Below are positions 17,637 through 28,601 of a DNA stretch of 64,000 bases, one piece after another. A program made the position numbers and the translations under genes. The stretch is from Vicinamibacteria bacterium (GTDB taxonomy: Bacteria; Acidobacteriota; Vicinamibacteria; Marinacidobacterales; Marinacidobacteraceae). Where the stretch lies: assembly GCA_965199715.1 (NCBI GenBank), contig OZ241322.1:384001-448000 (forward strand), written 5' to 3'. The notes below the pieces were generated by a model that worked only from the letters and a program-made list of their open reading frames with translations, was not told the DNA's origin and did no database searches. The number at the start of each line of letters is the position of its first letter. The stretch's first letter is position 1.

Positions 17637-18882
17637 CCTGGGCGCCGGCGGCGACGTGCGCCGTTTCGGTGAACTCCAGCGGCGAGTGGCTGATTCCGTC
17701 CCGGCTGGGCACGAAGACCATCCCGATGGGCGCGAACGTCGCGATCGACTGCGCGTCGTGCCCGGCGCCGGACGGCATCCGCCGGTAGTCGAAACCGAGG
17801 TCGCCGGCGGCGCCCGCAAGCAGGTCGATGATCGCCGGGTCGCACGGGGCGGCGCGGCTCAGGTAGTAGGGCTCGAACCGGATCTCGGTGCCGTTGCGGC
17901 CCGCGATCTCGGCGCCGACCTGCTGGAAGCGCTCGTAGAGCTCGTCGATGACCTCCACGCGCAGGTCGCGGATTTCGAGCGTGAGCTCCACCTCGCCGGG
18001 AATCACGTTCGCCGCGCCGGGCCGCGCCTCGATCCAGCCCACTGTCGCGACGTGCCGGCCCTCGCGCGCCCGCGCCTCGTCGTTCACGGCGGCGACGAAG
18101 CGTCCGGCGGTCACCATCGCGTCGCGCCGGATCGCCATGGCCGTGGTTCCGGCGTGGTTCGCCATTCCCGTGATCGTCACCCGGAATCGCCGGATGCCGA
18201 CGATCCCCTCCACCACGCCGATGGGAATTCCCGCTTCGTGGAGCGTCGGGCCCTGCTCGATGTGCGTCTCGAGGAACGCCGCGTAGGCGCCTTGCGGCAG
18301 CGCCGCCTCGGTGACGCGCGCCGGGTCGCCGCCGACCCGGGCGAGCGCCTCGCCGAGCGTGAATCCGCCGTACACCGGGCGGTCGAGCTCCTCGGCGCGC
18401 ACCTCGCCGGCGAGCGCCCGGCTCCCGGTCTTGCCGTTCTCCTCGTTGAAGAAGACGACCGCCTCGAACGGATGGCGTCGCCCGCCCTCGGCGTGGAGCG
18501 CGCGGGCGCATTCAAGAGCCGCGACCGAACCCACCATGCCGTCGAAGTTGCCGCCTTCGGGCACCGAGTCGAGGTGCGATCCGGCGACGAGCGGCGGGAG
18601 TCCGGGCTCGCTTCCGGGGAGGCGCCCGATGAGGTTGCCCGCGACGTCGATGCGGACCTCCATGCCGGCTTCCTCGAGCCACGAGGCGAAGAGTTCGCGG
18701 GCGGCGAGGTCGGCGTCGCTGCCGGCGGTGCGGGACACCCCGCCCTCGGGGTTCGCGCCGAAGCGCGCGAGCGCGTCGAGGGCCTCCCCGACGCGGGACT
18801 CGGGGACGGCGACGGCGGGACGGGCGAGGGCCGCGCCGGCGGCCGCTGCGAGCCACTCGCGCCGGCTCAGGGGGACGTTCAT
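17599..18882 (-). CDS. M20-family Zn amidohydrolase (allantoate amidohydrolase / N-carbamoylase-like) with Tat signal
   Basis: SRREWL, GSHLDSVP, DG, NEE, ETHIEQGP, NHAGTT, SGAGHDAQ, GISHSPLE. Confidence 0.9.
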   Translation of the reverse strand: MNVPLSRREWLAAAAGAALARPAVAVPESRVGEALDALARFGANPEGGVSRTAGSDADLAARELFASWLEEAGMEVRIDVAGNLIGRLPGSEPGLPPLVAGSHLDSVPEGGNFDGMVGSVAALECARALHAEGGRRHPFEAVVFFNEENGKTGSRALAGEVRAEELDRPVYGGFTLGEALARVGGDPARVTEAALPQGAYAAFLETHIEQGPTLHEAGIPIGVVEGIVGIRRFRVTITGMANHAGTTAMAIRRDAMVTAGRFVAAVNDEARAREGRHVATVGWIEARPGAANVIPGEVELTLEIRDLRVEVIDELYERFQQVGAEIAGRNGTEIRFEPYYLSRAAPCDPAIIDLLAGAAGDLGFDYRRMPSGAGHDAQSIATFAPIGMVFVPSRDGISHSPLEFTETAHVAAGAQVMLEGLRRLDRQ

Positions 18883-19622
18883 GGATCGCCAGTGTACGCG
18901 GCGATGGGCGCGACCTCGCGGTCCTCGGCGAACCCGACGATTCCGGCGGCGCGCACCGGAATCCAGCCGTTCGCCGGAGCGCCCCGGACCTCGACCTCGA
19001 GTCCCTCCGGGAGACGCGCCAACTGCGGAAACGAGTCCGCCGGGCCGCTGCGGATCACGGCGGCCGGCGCAATCACCAGCGCACGGTCCGGGCGGGCTGA
19101 GCGCAGCGCGAGGAGCGCGACGAGAACTCCCGAGGCCAGAACCCCGAGGACGAGTCCGACGGTCAGGAGCCGCCGGCGCGAGCCGAGAATGCGCGCGGTC
19201 AGGAGCGCTCCGGCGAGGAAGACCGCGGCGAGGAGCGCGATCCGCAGGCGCGACCTCGGCGTCCGGGCGAGCCGCGCGCCCGGTCCGTCCATCGCCGCGT
19301 GCAGGTCGCGGGCGAAGGAGTCCGCGTTTCCGAGGCGATCCGCGACGAGGCCCCGGGCAAGCGCGAGGTTCGCGAGCGCGTCGGAATCGCCGGGGCGTTC
19401 GAGCAGCGAGCGTTCCCAGTGGAGCATCGCCAGACCGAGCCGCCCCTCCCGGAACCGGGCGTTCCCGAGGTTGTACTGGAGCGCCGCCGGATCCCCCGGC
19501 CCGGAGCGTGCGAGGAGCTCGTCCCAGATCGCGCCGGCGCCCGAGTAGTCGCCCCCGTCGTAGCGGTGGGCGGCGTCCTCCGCCGTTTGGCCGAGCATGA
19601 GCGCGAGGACGAGCAGCTTCAT
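18879..19622 (-). CDS. BatE-like TPR + SH3 protein
   Basis: YNLGNARFR, ANLALAR, TM segments, IRSGP...LPEG...GW SH3b-like end. Confidence 0.75.
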   Translation of the reverse strand: MKLLVLALMLGQTAEDAAHRYDGGDYSGAGAIWDELLARSGPGDPAALQYNLGNARFREGRLGLAMLHWERSLLERPGDSDALANLALARGLVADRLGNADSFARDLHAAMDGPGARLARTPRSRLRIALLAAVFLAGALLTARILGSRRRLLTVGLVLGVLASGVLVALLALRSARPDRALVIAPAAVIRSGPADSFPQLARLPEGLEVEVRGAPANGWIPVRAAGIVGFAEDREVAPIAAYTGDP

Positions 19623-21463
19623 CGCGTCAGCTCCGCCTCGAGCGACGCGATCAGCTCGCGGGCCTCGGACGCGCCCGGCGCCTTCGCCGCGTCGCCCCGA
19701 TAGCGGGCGCCCTCGGCCTCGGAAAGCGTCCGCCCGAGCCGGTCCGCGGAATCGGCAGCGCCGACCTCTCGGAATCGCGCGGCGGCCGCGTCCGGCGTGA
19801 GGCCGGCGGGAGATCCGCCGAGCCGGTCGGCCGCGTACCGGTAGAGGATTTCGGCGACCGCGCCGCCGGTCTCGGCCGGATCGAGGTCGGGCCGCAGCCT
19901 GCGCAGTCGGCGGGTCGCGGCGCCCGCCGCGCGCGCACGGCGGTAGGCGTCCGCATGGAGGGCGCGGTCGCGCCGACGCCGGGCGAGCGCGAGCACCGCA
20001 AGGTTCCACGCCGGGGGAAGCGCGAGCGCGACCCAGAAGAGTCCCGTCCAGTCGCGCGCCGGCGCAGCGGGACCCACGGGCTTCAGGTAGCGGATGTCGT
20101 CCCCGAAGCGGGCGCCCGGCGAGGCCGCGGCCGCCGGCGCGCCGATGTCGGCGGAGCCCCCGGTCACGCGGATCGGAATGGGGTCGGTGGCGAGGCGCTC
20201 GTAGGCGCCGAGGCCGGGATTGAAGGCGTGGAGCGTGGCCGGCCCGATCTCCCGCGCTCCGCCGCGCTCTGCGACGACCGGGAAGGACCACGAGCGAACG
20301 CCGCCGAAGACGAATCGGTCGCCGTCGGCGCGAAGCCCGGCCGCTTGTTCGTTGTCGGGATCGAAAACCCGGAAATCACCGTCGAGCGTCGGGTCGAGCG
20401 CCGGCGGATCCACTCCGCTGAGGTTCCCCTCCCCCTCGAGGCGAACCCGCAGGACGAGCGTCTCGCCGACCGCGGCGTCCCGTCCGTCGAGCGGCTCCCC
20501 GTTCCGGAGCAGCTCGCCCGACAGCGCGAATTCCCCGACCGTTCCGCCGAAGTCCGGCGGCCGGCCGGTCTCGGGAAGCTCCTCGACCCGCAACGCGACC
20601 GCGGGCGCCGTGCGGGCGTGGACCACCTGCTCGGGACTGAAGAGCGAACGGCTGCGCGTCCGGACGCCGATCTCGAAGGTCGGCCCGGGAAGCACGCGCT
20701 CGCCGGCGCCCGCCGGGAACACGGCGCGCATCAGGATGGGCCACGTGTCGTACTCCACGCCATCGACCACTCGCCGCTCGCGGACCGGACCGGGGAGGGC
20801 CCGGCGGGCGGCCACGTCGTCCGGGGAAAGCCCCCGCTCGAGCCATGGCACGTCCGGGAGCGTCACGTCCTCGATCCAGACGCCCTCGGGACGGGCGCCG
20901 CCGGTTTCCTGCGCGAAGAGGACCGGAACCCGCGCGTAGAGCCGGTAGAGCACGAGGACCTGCTCGCCGACGCGCACGTCGCGGCGGTCCGCCTCGACCC
21001 GGACGAAGAGATCGTCGAGGTCGAGCGCCGGCGCGCGGTCCGGGCGGCCGAAGAGCGAGTCGAGCGGCGACGCGAAGGGATCCACGGAGCGCGGCCGCGA
21101 CGGGGCCCGCACCCGCCCCGGCTCCACCCGCAGCGTCAGCGGCTCGGTGGGCGCGTAGCCGGGGACCGGAATCGCCGGGATCGCGAGGTCGCCGGTCCGG
21201 GTCGGCTGGAGGACGTAGGTCCAGCGGGTCTCGCGGTCGAGGCTCCCTCCTGAGAAGCTGATGCTGGAGCCGCGCGACTCGCCGCGCACTTCGAGGCCGG
21301 GCATCCGGGGCAGCTCCGGCGGACCGTCCCGCTCGCCGGGGACCGAGACGCTCAGGTTGACCGTCTCTTCGAGGCCGATGCGGCTCGCTTCCAGCTCGGC
21401 CCGCGCCGCCTCCTGCACGCCGGCCGACCCGGCGGCGAGCGCCACGATCGCGACGAACCGCAT
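19619..21463 (-). CDS. batD: BatD family protein
   Basis: Ig-like repeats, VGEQV, FGGTVGEF, GEGNL, DIRYLK followed by a TM. Confidence 0.8.
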   Translation of the reverse strand: MRFVAIVALAAGSAGVQEAARAELEASRIGLEETVNLSVSVPGERDGPPELPRMPGLEVRGESRGSSISFSGGSLDRETRWTYVLQPTRTGDLAIPAIPVPGYAPTEPLTLRVEPGRVRAPSRPRSVDPFASPLDSLFGRPDRAPALDLDDLFVRVEADRRDVRVGEQVLVLYRLYARVPVLFAQETGGARPEGVWIEDVTLPDVPWLERGLSPDDVAARRALPGPVRERRVVDGVEYDTWPILMRAVFPAGAGERVLPGPTFEIGVRTRSRSLFSPEQVVHARTAPAVALRVEELPETGRPPDFGGTVGEFALSGELLRNGEPLDGRDAAVGETLVLRVRLEGEGNLSGVDPPALDPTLDGDFRVFDPDNEQAAGLRADGDRFVFGGVRSWSFPVVAERGGAREIGPATLHAFNPGLGAYERLATDPIPIRVTGGSADIGAPAAAASPGARFGDDIRYLKPVGPAAPARDWTGLFWVALALPPAWNLAVLALARRRRDRALHADAYRRARAAGAATRRLRRLRPDLDPAETGGAVAEILYRYAADRLGGSPAGLTPDAAAARFREVGAADSADRLGRTLSEAEGARYRGDAAKAPGASEARELIASLEAELTR

Positions 21464-22170
21464 CAGTGGCGGCCCCGGCGCACGGCGCGGGCGCGGTTGG
21501 CCTCGCGCCGATCCTCGTGGAACTGGCGCTCGATCTCCGCCAGCGCGGAGAGGATGCGCTCGGCTTGCTCCGGACTGAATTCGGGAACCTCGCCCGGCCC
21601 TTCCCACGGCTGCGGCTCGGATTCGGACGGCTGCTGGTCCTGATCCTGTTCCGGTTCCTGCTCCCGGTCCTCGTGCTGGTCCTGGTTCTGTTCCTGCTCC
21701 TCGTCCTGATCCTGCTCGTCTCCCCCCTGCTCGTTCTGCGGCTGCTCCTGCTCCTGTTCGTCCTGCTGGCGGCGCAGCGCGAGCTCGAGGTTCTGGCGCG
21801 CCTCGACGTCCTCGGGGTCCAGCACGATCGCCTCGCCGTAGGCCGTCGCCGCGTCCGCGAACGCCTCCGCCTGGAACAGCGCGTTGCCGAGGTTGAAGAA
21901 GGAGTCCCGCCGCATCGTTCCTTCGGATCGGTCCGCCGCGGACCGATACCCGAGCAGCGCGTCCGCGAGCGACTCGCCGCCCATCCGGTAGTGCACCCCG
22001 GCGATGTTGAGGTCGTTCTCGGGCGCGTCCGGGTGCGCCTCGAGCGCCCGCGAGAACGCTCCGAGCGCCGCCGGGAGGTCGCCCTCGGCGAACCGGCGCG
22101 CGCCCTCCTCGGTGTCCGGGTCGGGGCCGCCGAGGATCTGCGCGGCGAGCGCCAGCGGGAGGAGGATCAT
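21463..22170 (-). CDS. batC: BatC-like TPR protein with acidic Q/E/D-rich linker
   Basis: FFNLGNALF, ARQNLELAL, QDEQEQEQ low-complexity stretch, QAERILSAL. Confidence 0.78.
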   Translation of the reverse strand: MILLPLALAAQILGGPDPDTEEGARRFAEGDLPAALGAFSRALEAHPDAPENDLNIAGVHYRMGGESLADALLGYRSAADRSEGTMRRDSFFNLGNALFQAEAFADAATAYGEAIVLDPEDVEARQNLELALRRQQDEQEQEQPQNEQGGDEQDQDEEQEQNQDQHEDREQEPEQDQDQQPSESEPQPWEGPGEVPEFSPEQAERILSALAEIERQFHEDRREANRARAVRRGRH

Positions 22171-23168
22171 GCGGGCCGGGCGCTCCGGCGGACGAGCCCC
22201 CACGCCCCGAGGCTCGCGAGGCCGAGCGAGAGCGGAATCGGGAACCGCTCCACGGACCGGCGGGAGAACGTGTCCCCGAGGCGGCGGCCCTCGAGTCCGC
22301 CGAGGAACTCGGCGACGCCGTCGATCTCCGCGTCGTCGCGGGAGATCCGGAACCACTCGCCGCCGGTCGCCCGGGCGAGGTCGGCGAGCGCGGCCTCGTC
22401 GAGCCGGCTCACCACCGGGTTCCCTTCCCGGTCCAGCATGATCCCGGGGCCGCGGTCGCCCGCGACCGGAATCGTCTCGCCCGCCGGAGTGGCCACGCCG
22501 ATCGGCAGGATCGTGATCCCGCGCTCCGCCGCGAGCGCGGCGACCTCGCCGGCGGCCCGGGGGCGGGCCGCGTCCTGCTGGCCGTCGGTGAGCAGCACGA
22601 CCACCGGGTGGCGGCTCTCCTGCCGGTCGAACGCCTCCACCGCGGTCTCCATCATCGCGCCGAGATCGGTTCCGGGGCTCTCCACGACCCCCGTGGCCAC
22701 CCCGGCGAGGAGCGTGCGGACCGCTCCGAGATCATGGGTGAGCGGACACTGGACGAACGCGTCGCCGGCGAAGGCGAGGAGGCCCATCCGGTTCCCAGCG
22801 AGGCGCCCGGCGAGCTCGGACGCGACGTACTTGGCGCGCTCCATGCGCGACGGGGCCACGTCGCGGGCGTCCATGCTGAAGGACGCGTCGATCGCGACGA
22901 GGATGTCCACCCCGACGAGCTCCACGTCCCGCTCCTCGAATCCCCAGCGCGGGCGCGCGGCGGCCGCAGCGAGAAGCGCCAGCGCCAGAATCAGCAGGCC
23001 CTCCCGGAGCCGCCTCCGGCCGCGCGACTCCCGCTCCAGCAGACTCGACGCATGCAGCCCCACGCGCTGCAGCATGGCCCGGGCCCGGACCGCCCGAACC
23101 CAGAACAGGAGCGCGGCGAGCGGCGCGAGCGCGAGGAGGAAGAGTGCCCCCGGTTCTCCGAACCGCAT
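22167..23168 (-). CDS. batB: BatB-like vWA protein
   Basis: ARPRWG, DASFSM, FAGDAFVQCPLTHD, LLTDG. Confidence 0.82.
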   Translation of the reverse strand: MRFGEPGALFLLALAPLAALLFWVRAVRARAMLQRVGLHASSLLERESRGRRRLREGLLILALALLAAAAARPRWGFEERDVELVGVDILVAIDASFSMDARDVAPSRMERAKYVASELAGRLAGNRMGLLAFAGDAFVQCPLTHDLGAVRTLLAGVATGVVESPGTDLGAMMETAVEAFDRQESRHPVVVLLTDGQQDAARPRAAGEVAALAAERGITILPIGVATPAGETIPVAGDRGPGIMLDREGNPVVSRLDEAALADLARATGGEWFRISRDDAEIDGVAEFLGGLEGRRLGDTFSRRSVERFPIPLSLGLASLGAWGLVRRSARPA

Positions 23169-23169
23169 G

Positions 23170-24129
23170 TCAGGGGACGGTCCGGAACGCCGTCGCCTCG
23201 AGTCCGACGGCCAGAAAGAGAAGGATCGAGGCCCACCCGGCGAAGACCGGCCCGCGATCCGCCCAGGTCGCCCACGAGGGCTCCTCGATCTCGGTCCGCT
23301 CGAGGCGGTCGATCTCGGCGTACACCTCGGCGAAGCTCTCCCGGTCCCGCGCCCGGAAGTAGCGCCCGCCGGTGGCCTCGGCCACCTCACGGAGCGCGTC
23401 CTCGTCGATCGCCGGCGCCTGGCGCGTCGCCAGCAGCCCCCGCAGCGACCGGCCGTCGCTGCCGGCGCCCACCGTGTACACGCGAATGTCGCGCGACTTC
23501 GCGAGGCCGGCCGCCGTTCGGGGATGGATCTCGCCGGCGTTCGAGACTCCGTCGGTGAGCAGCACGATCACCCGGCTCTCGGCGTCCGAGTCGGCCAGCC
23601 GGTTCACGGCGGCTGCGATCGCGTTGCCGATCGCGGTTCCGTCGGGCAGGTCGCCGATCCGCACCGAGTCGATCCGCGCCCCGAGCACCTGGTGGTCCAG
23701 CGTGAGCGGGGTCACGGTGACCGCGTTGCGGGCGAACGCGACCGCGCCGAGGCGGTCGCCCGAGCGGCGGGCCACGAAGTCGGCAAGCACGTCCTTGGCC
23801 GCCATGAGCCGGGTGCCGCCGCCGAGGTCCTCGGCCTGCATGCTGGAGGAGATGTCGAGCGCGAGCACGATGTCCACCCCGGCGCCGGTCGTGACTTCCC
23901 GCGCCAGCCCGATCTGGGGCCGGGCGAGGGCGAACGCGCCGAGCGCGAACGCCGCGAGGACCAGCGCCAGGGGCAGGAACGCGAGCCGCGCGCGCCACGA
24001 GCGCGGCAGGCCCTTGAAGCCCGCCGCCCCGGGAAACCGCAGCGCCGGCGACCGGTCCCGGAAGATGCGGAAGCCGAGGAGCGGAACCGCCGCCAGCAGG
24101 AGCAGCGCGACCGGCCAGAGCAGGCGCAT
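23170..24129 (-). CDS. batA: BatA-like vWA protein
   Basis: LARPQ, DISSSM, PLTLDH, GTAIG, LLTDGVSNAG, GGRYFRA. Confidence 0.85.
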   Translation of the reverse strand: MRLLWPVALLLLAAVPLLGFRIFRDRSPALRFPGAAGFKGLPRSWRARLAFLPLALVLAAFALGAFALARPQIGLAREVTTGAGVDIVLALDISSSMQAEDLGGGTRLMAAKDVLADFVARRSGDRLGAVAFARNAVTVTPLTLDHQVLGARIDSVRIGDLPDGTAIGNAIAAAVNRLADSDAESRVIVLLTDGVSNAGEIHPRTAAGLAKSRDIRVYTVGAGSDGRSLRGLLATRQAPAIDEDALREVAEATGGRYFRARDRESFAEVYAEIDRLERTEIEEPSWATWADRGPVFAGWASILLFLAVGLEATAFRTVP

Positions 24130-24974
24130 CAGGCGGTCCGCTCCACGAAACTGCGCGCCCGTTCGAGGCACGTCCGGGCCGCGTCCGGGCGAAGCCGGCC
24201 CTCGCTGAACTTCGCGAAGTCGGCGTAGTCGAGAATCCCGCCGAGCGCCCGAAGCTGCTCCGCCTCGAGCCGGAGGTCGAGGTCGCGGCGCATCTCGTCG
24301 CTGGTGCGCTCCAGCCAAGCGGTCTCGAACCGCCGCCCGGCGTACCGCTTCATGGCGGCGGAGAGCCGGTCGAGGAACGCCTCGACGTCGCCGGCCTCCA
24401 GTAGGCCGGACCGGGCGAGCCGCCCGAGCGCGAGATCGGCTTCGGCGGCGGGGCCGAGCGGCGGCGGAGCGGGCGCGGGTTGGCGGCGGCGCCGTCGGAA
24501 CCACCAGGCGGCGGCGACCAGCGCGAGAACTCCCAGCAGGATGAGCGCGATGAGGCCGTAGCGCGGAGGAACCCGGATCAGGAAGGGGCCGCGGATGTCG
24601 TGGACGTCGGCGAGATCTTCGGCGAGAGAGGTTGCGACCGCGATCGGGATCGGACCGGTCTCGAGCGGAGCCTCGCCCCCGACGTCGAAGCGGACCGAGG
24701 GGAACGCGCGCTCGCCGGGAAGCGCGAGCGCCATGAGCCGCATGCGGTGGACCGTCTCGCCGGCTCCCCGTTCGGTCTCGGCGGAGACGAACCGGAAGGC
24801 GTCCGATTCGGGAGCTTCGGGCGCGGGAATCCGCTCGCCCTCGGGATGCTCGACCCGCAGTTGGAGGTAGAAGACGGACCCCACCTCGATCGGCTCCTCG
24901 GGCAGGTCGGCCGTGACCCGGTATCCGGACGGCTGCGCCGCCACGAGCAGCGCGAGCAGCAGCGCCCCGGTCAT
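24129..24974 (-). CDS. Bat-operon membrane protein (DUF4381-like)
   Basis: Signal peptide, DVHDIRGP, TM then RRRRR, ERTSDE, ADFAKF. Confidence 0.7.
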   Translation of the reverse strand: MTGALLLALLVAAQPSGYRVTADLPEEPIEVGSVFYLQLRVEHPEGERIPAPEAPESDAFRFVSAETERGAGETVHRMRLMALALPGERAFPSVRFDVGGEAPLETGPIPIAVATSLAEDLADVHDIRGPFLIRVPPRYGLIALILLGVLALVAAAWWFRRRRRQPAPAPPPLGPAAEADLALGRLARSGLLEAGDVEAFLDRLSAAMKRYAGRRFETAWLERTSDEMRRDLDLRLEAEQLRALGGILDYADFAKFSEGRLRPDAARTCLERARSFVERTA

Positions 24975-25875
24975 CGCCGGCGCCTCCCCCGCAGGCGGAA
25001 GAACCGGCGGACCGCCCCGTCCCAGGGAGCGCCGGCGGTGACCTCGACGAGATCCGCGCCCGACTCCCGAAGCGCCCGGCTCACTCCCTCGCGCTCCCGC
25101 TCGGCGCCCGTGCGGAACGCGTCCATCGTGCGCCGGTCGGACGTGTCCAGCAGGAAGAGCGCCCCGGTCTCGGCGTCCTCCACCTCGAGGAGCCCGGCGT
25201 CGGGAAGGTCGGTCTCGCGGGGGTCGGCCACCCGCACCGCGACCACGTCGTGCCGGCGGGCCGCGGCGCGCAGCGGCCGCTTCCACCGGTCCGGCGGATC
25301 GCCGAGGAAGTCGCTCAGCAGGAAGACCGTGGCCCGGCGGCGCAGGACCCGGCTCAGGTGCCCGAGCGCGCCGGCGATGTCGGTCCCGCGGCCGGCGGGC
25401 TCGTGGAAGAGCAGGTCGCGCAGCACCCGCCGCCCGTGTCGGCGGCCCTTCCGCGCCGCGAGGCGGGTCTCCACCCGGTCGGTGAACAGGAGCGCCCCCA
25501 CCCGGTCCCCGTTGCGGATCGCGGAGAACGCGAGCGCGGCTGCGACCTCGGCGGCGACGGCCCGCTTGAACGCATCGCCGCTGCCGAAGGCGAACGAGCG
25601 CGAGACGTCGAGGAGGAACAGCACCGTCAGCTCGCGCTCCTCGGTGAACTTCTTCACGTGGAGCGTCCCGGTGCGCGAGGTGACGTTCCAGTCCACCGAC
25701 CGGATGTCATCGCCGGGGAAGTACTCCCGCACCTCGGAGAACTCCATCCCCTGCCCCTTGAAGGTGCTCAGGTACTCCCCGGCGAGCGCCTCGGCCACGA
25801 GGCGGCGGGTGCGGATCTCAAGGGTCCGGACCCGCGCGAGGACCTCGGCGGCGGAGACCGGCGCGCCGGGATCGC

Positions 25876-25879
<4 letters not shown>
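24971..25879 (-). CDS. DUF58 domain protein
   Basis: GMEFSEVREYFPGDDIRSVDWNVT, EERE, DVSRS, LSDF. Confidence 0.92.
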
Positions 25880-26847
<968 letters not shown>

Positions 26848-26950
26848 GAACGGTCGAACCCCGGAGATACCCATTCGTTCCGGGAATTCTAAGCCGCGGT
26901 CGCACCCCCGCCGCCGGCACGCTACCATCGGATCGACGGAGGCCAGTTTC

Positions 26951-28558
26951 ATGATCCGATCCCCCCTTCGCACGGCGGCTTCGCTGCTGGTCGCCGCGGC
27001 GCTGGCCGCGCCCGCGTTCGCCCAGTCGCAGCTCGGCTCGGTGGATTTCCCGAACTCGGGAAGCGAGGAGGCGCAGGACGCGTTCCAGCGCGGAATCGCC
27101 GCGCTCCACAGCTTCTGGTACGAGGAGGCCGCGGAGGCCTTCAAGAACGCGCAGGAGATCGATCCGAACTTCGCGCTCGCGTACTGGGGCGAGGCGCTCA
27201 GCCACAACCATCCGCTGTGGTCGGAGCAGGACATCAGCGCCGCCCGCGACGTGCTCAGCCGGTTCGGCGACACCCGCGCCGAGCGGATGCGAAAAACGCC
27301 GACCGAGCGCGAGCGCATGTACATGGAGGTCGTCGAGGTCCTCTACGGAGCGGGCGACAAGTACGAGCGCGACCAGCTCTACCACGACGCGCTCGCGCGG
27401 CTCGTGGCGGCGTACCCGGACGACGACGAGGCGAAGGCGTTCCACGCGCTCTCGTACCTCGGCCTCGTGCGGCGCGGCGAGCCCGGGTTCCACCGGCAGA
27501 TGAAGGCCGGCGCCATCGTGAGCCGCCTCTTCCAGGAGAAGCCGAACCACCCCGGCGCGGCCCACTACGTGATCCACTCGTTCGACGATCCGGAGCACGC
27601 GCCGCTCGCGCTGGAGGCTGCGAACCGGTACGCCGAGATCGCTCCCGAGGCGCACCACGCGCAGCACATGCCGTCGCACATCTTCCTGCAGCACGGCATG
27701 TGGAACCGCGTCTCCCGCTCCAACGACGTCGCGTACAACGCCTCGGCCAAGTGGGTCGAGGAGAAGAATCTCTCGCTGAGCAAGCGCGACTACCACAGCC
27801 TCGAGTGGAAGGCCTACGCGGATCTCCAGCGCGGCCAGTACCAGGCGGCGATGGACGCCATCGGGATCGTCGAGGAGTCCGCGGACGCCACGGACGAGCT
27901 CCGTCTGCGGCGCCTCGCGGTCGCCATGGCGGCGCGGCAGGCGATCGAGACCGGCCGCTTCGGCGACGTCGAGATGCCGTCCGGCGAGGCCGACACGGGC
28001 CGGTACAACTCCACGTCCAGCCTGTTGCTGGCGGTCGGCATGAAGGCCGGCGCGATGGGCGACGCCGCGATGGCCGACGAGGCCGCGATGCGGCTCCGGA
28101 AGCTCGCCGAGGCGCGCGACGCCGACGGCCAGTCCTACCAGGCCGACTCGGTGCGCGTCATGCAGCACGAGGTCGAGGCGCTCGCCGCGAAGGCGCGGGG
28201 CGACCTGGACGGGGCGCTCGCGCACGCCGAGATGGCGACCGACCTCGAGGAGGGGCAGGATCCGCCGTCCGGCCCGACGTACCCGATGAAGCCGTCGCAC
28301 GAGCTGCGCGGCGAGCTGTTGCTCGAGGCCGGCCAGCTCGACGAGGCCGTGCGCGTGCTCGAGGAGGGCCTGTCCCGGACCCCGAACCGGTCGCTCTCGC
28401 TGCTCGCGCTGGCGCGAGCGAAGGCCCAGCTCGGCGACGCCGCCGGCGCGAGCGCGGCGTGGACCACGCTCGAGGGCTTCCTGACCGAGGCCGACAGCGA
28501 CGTGCCGTTCCTCGGCGAGGTCCGCAGCAACACCGCGCAGACCACCGACCAGCAGTAG
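26951..28558 (+). CDS. Secreted TPR protein with His-rich motifs
   Basis: GGAGG RBS; signal peptide; LHSFWYEEA, HPGAAHYVIHSFD, HAQHMPSHIF. Confidence 0.85.
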   Translation: MIRSPLRTAASLLVAAALAAPAFAQSQLGSVDFPNSGSEEAQDAFQRGIAALHSFWYEEAAEAFKNAQEIDPNFALAYWGEALSHNHPLWSEQDISAARDVLSRFGDTRAERMRKTPTERERMYMEVVEVLYGAGDKYERDQLYHDALARLVAAYPDDDEAKAFHALSYLGLVRRGEPGFHRQMKAGAIVSRLFQEKPNHPGAAHYVIHSFDDPEHAPLALEAANRYAEIAPEAHHAQHMPSHIFLQHGMWNRVSRSNDVAYNASAKWVEEKNLSLSKRDYHSLEWKAYADLQRGQYQAAMDAIGIVEESADATDELRLRRLAVAMAARQAIETGRFGDVEMPSGEADTGRYNSTSSLLLAVGMKAGAMGDAAMADEAAMRLRKLAEARDADGQSYQADSVRVMQHEVEALAAKARGDLDGALAHAEMATDLEEGQDPPSGPTYPMKPSHELRGELLLEAGQLDEAVRVLEEGLSRTPNRSLSLLALARAKAQLGDAAGASAAWTTLEGFLTEADSDVPFLGEVRSNTAQTTDQQ

Positions 28559-28568
28559 GCCGGCCGGT

Positions 28569-28601
28569 CCCCCCCCCCCCCCGCTCTCAGGGCGGGGGGG
28601 A
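28569..28601. terminator. GC hairpin / C14 tract between convergent genes
   Basis: C14-GC-tctcagg-GC-G7; overlaps the stop of the vWA gene; no U-tract. Confidence 0.35.

Noticed and set aside
21620-21770. Tandem-repeat-like DNA
   Set aside because: Encodes the Q/E/D-rich linker typical of BatC; not a DNA-level repeat element.
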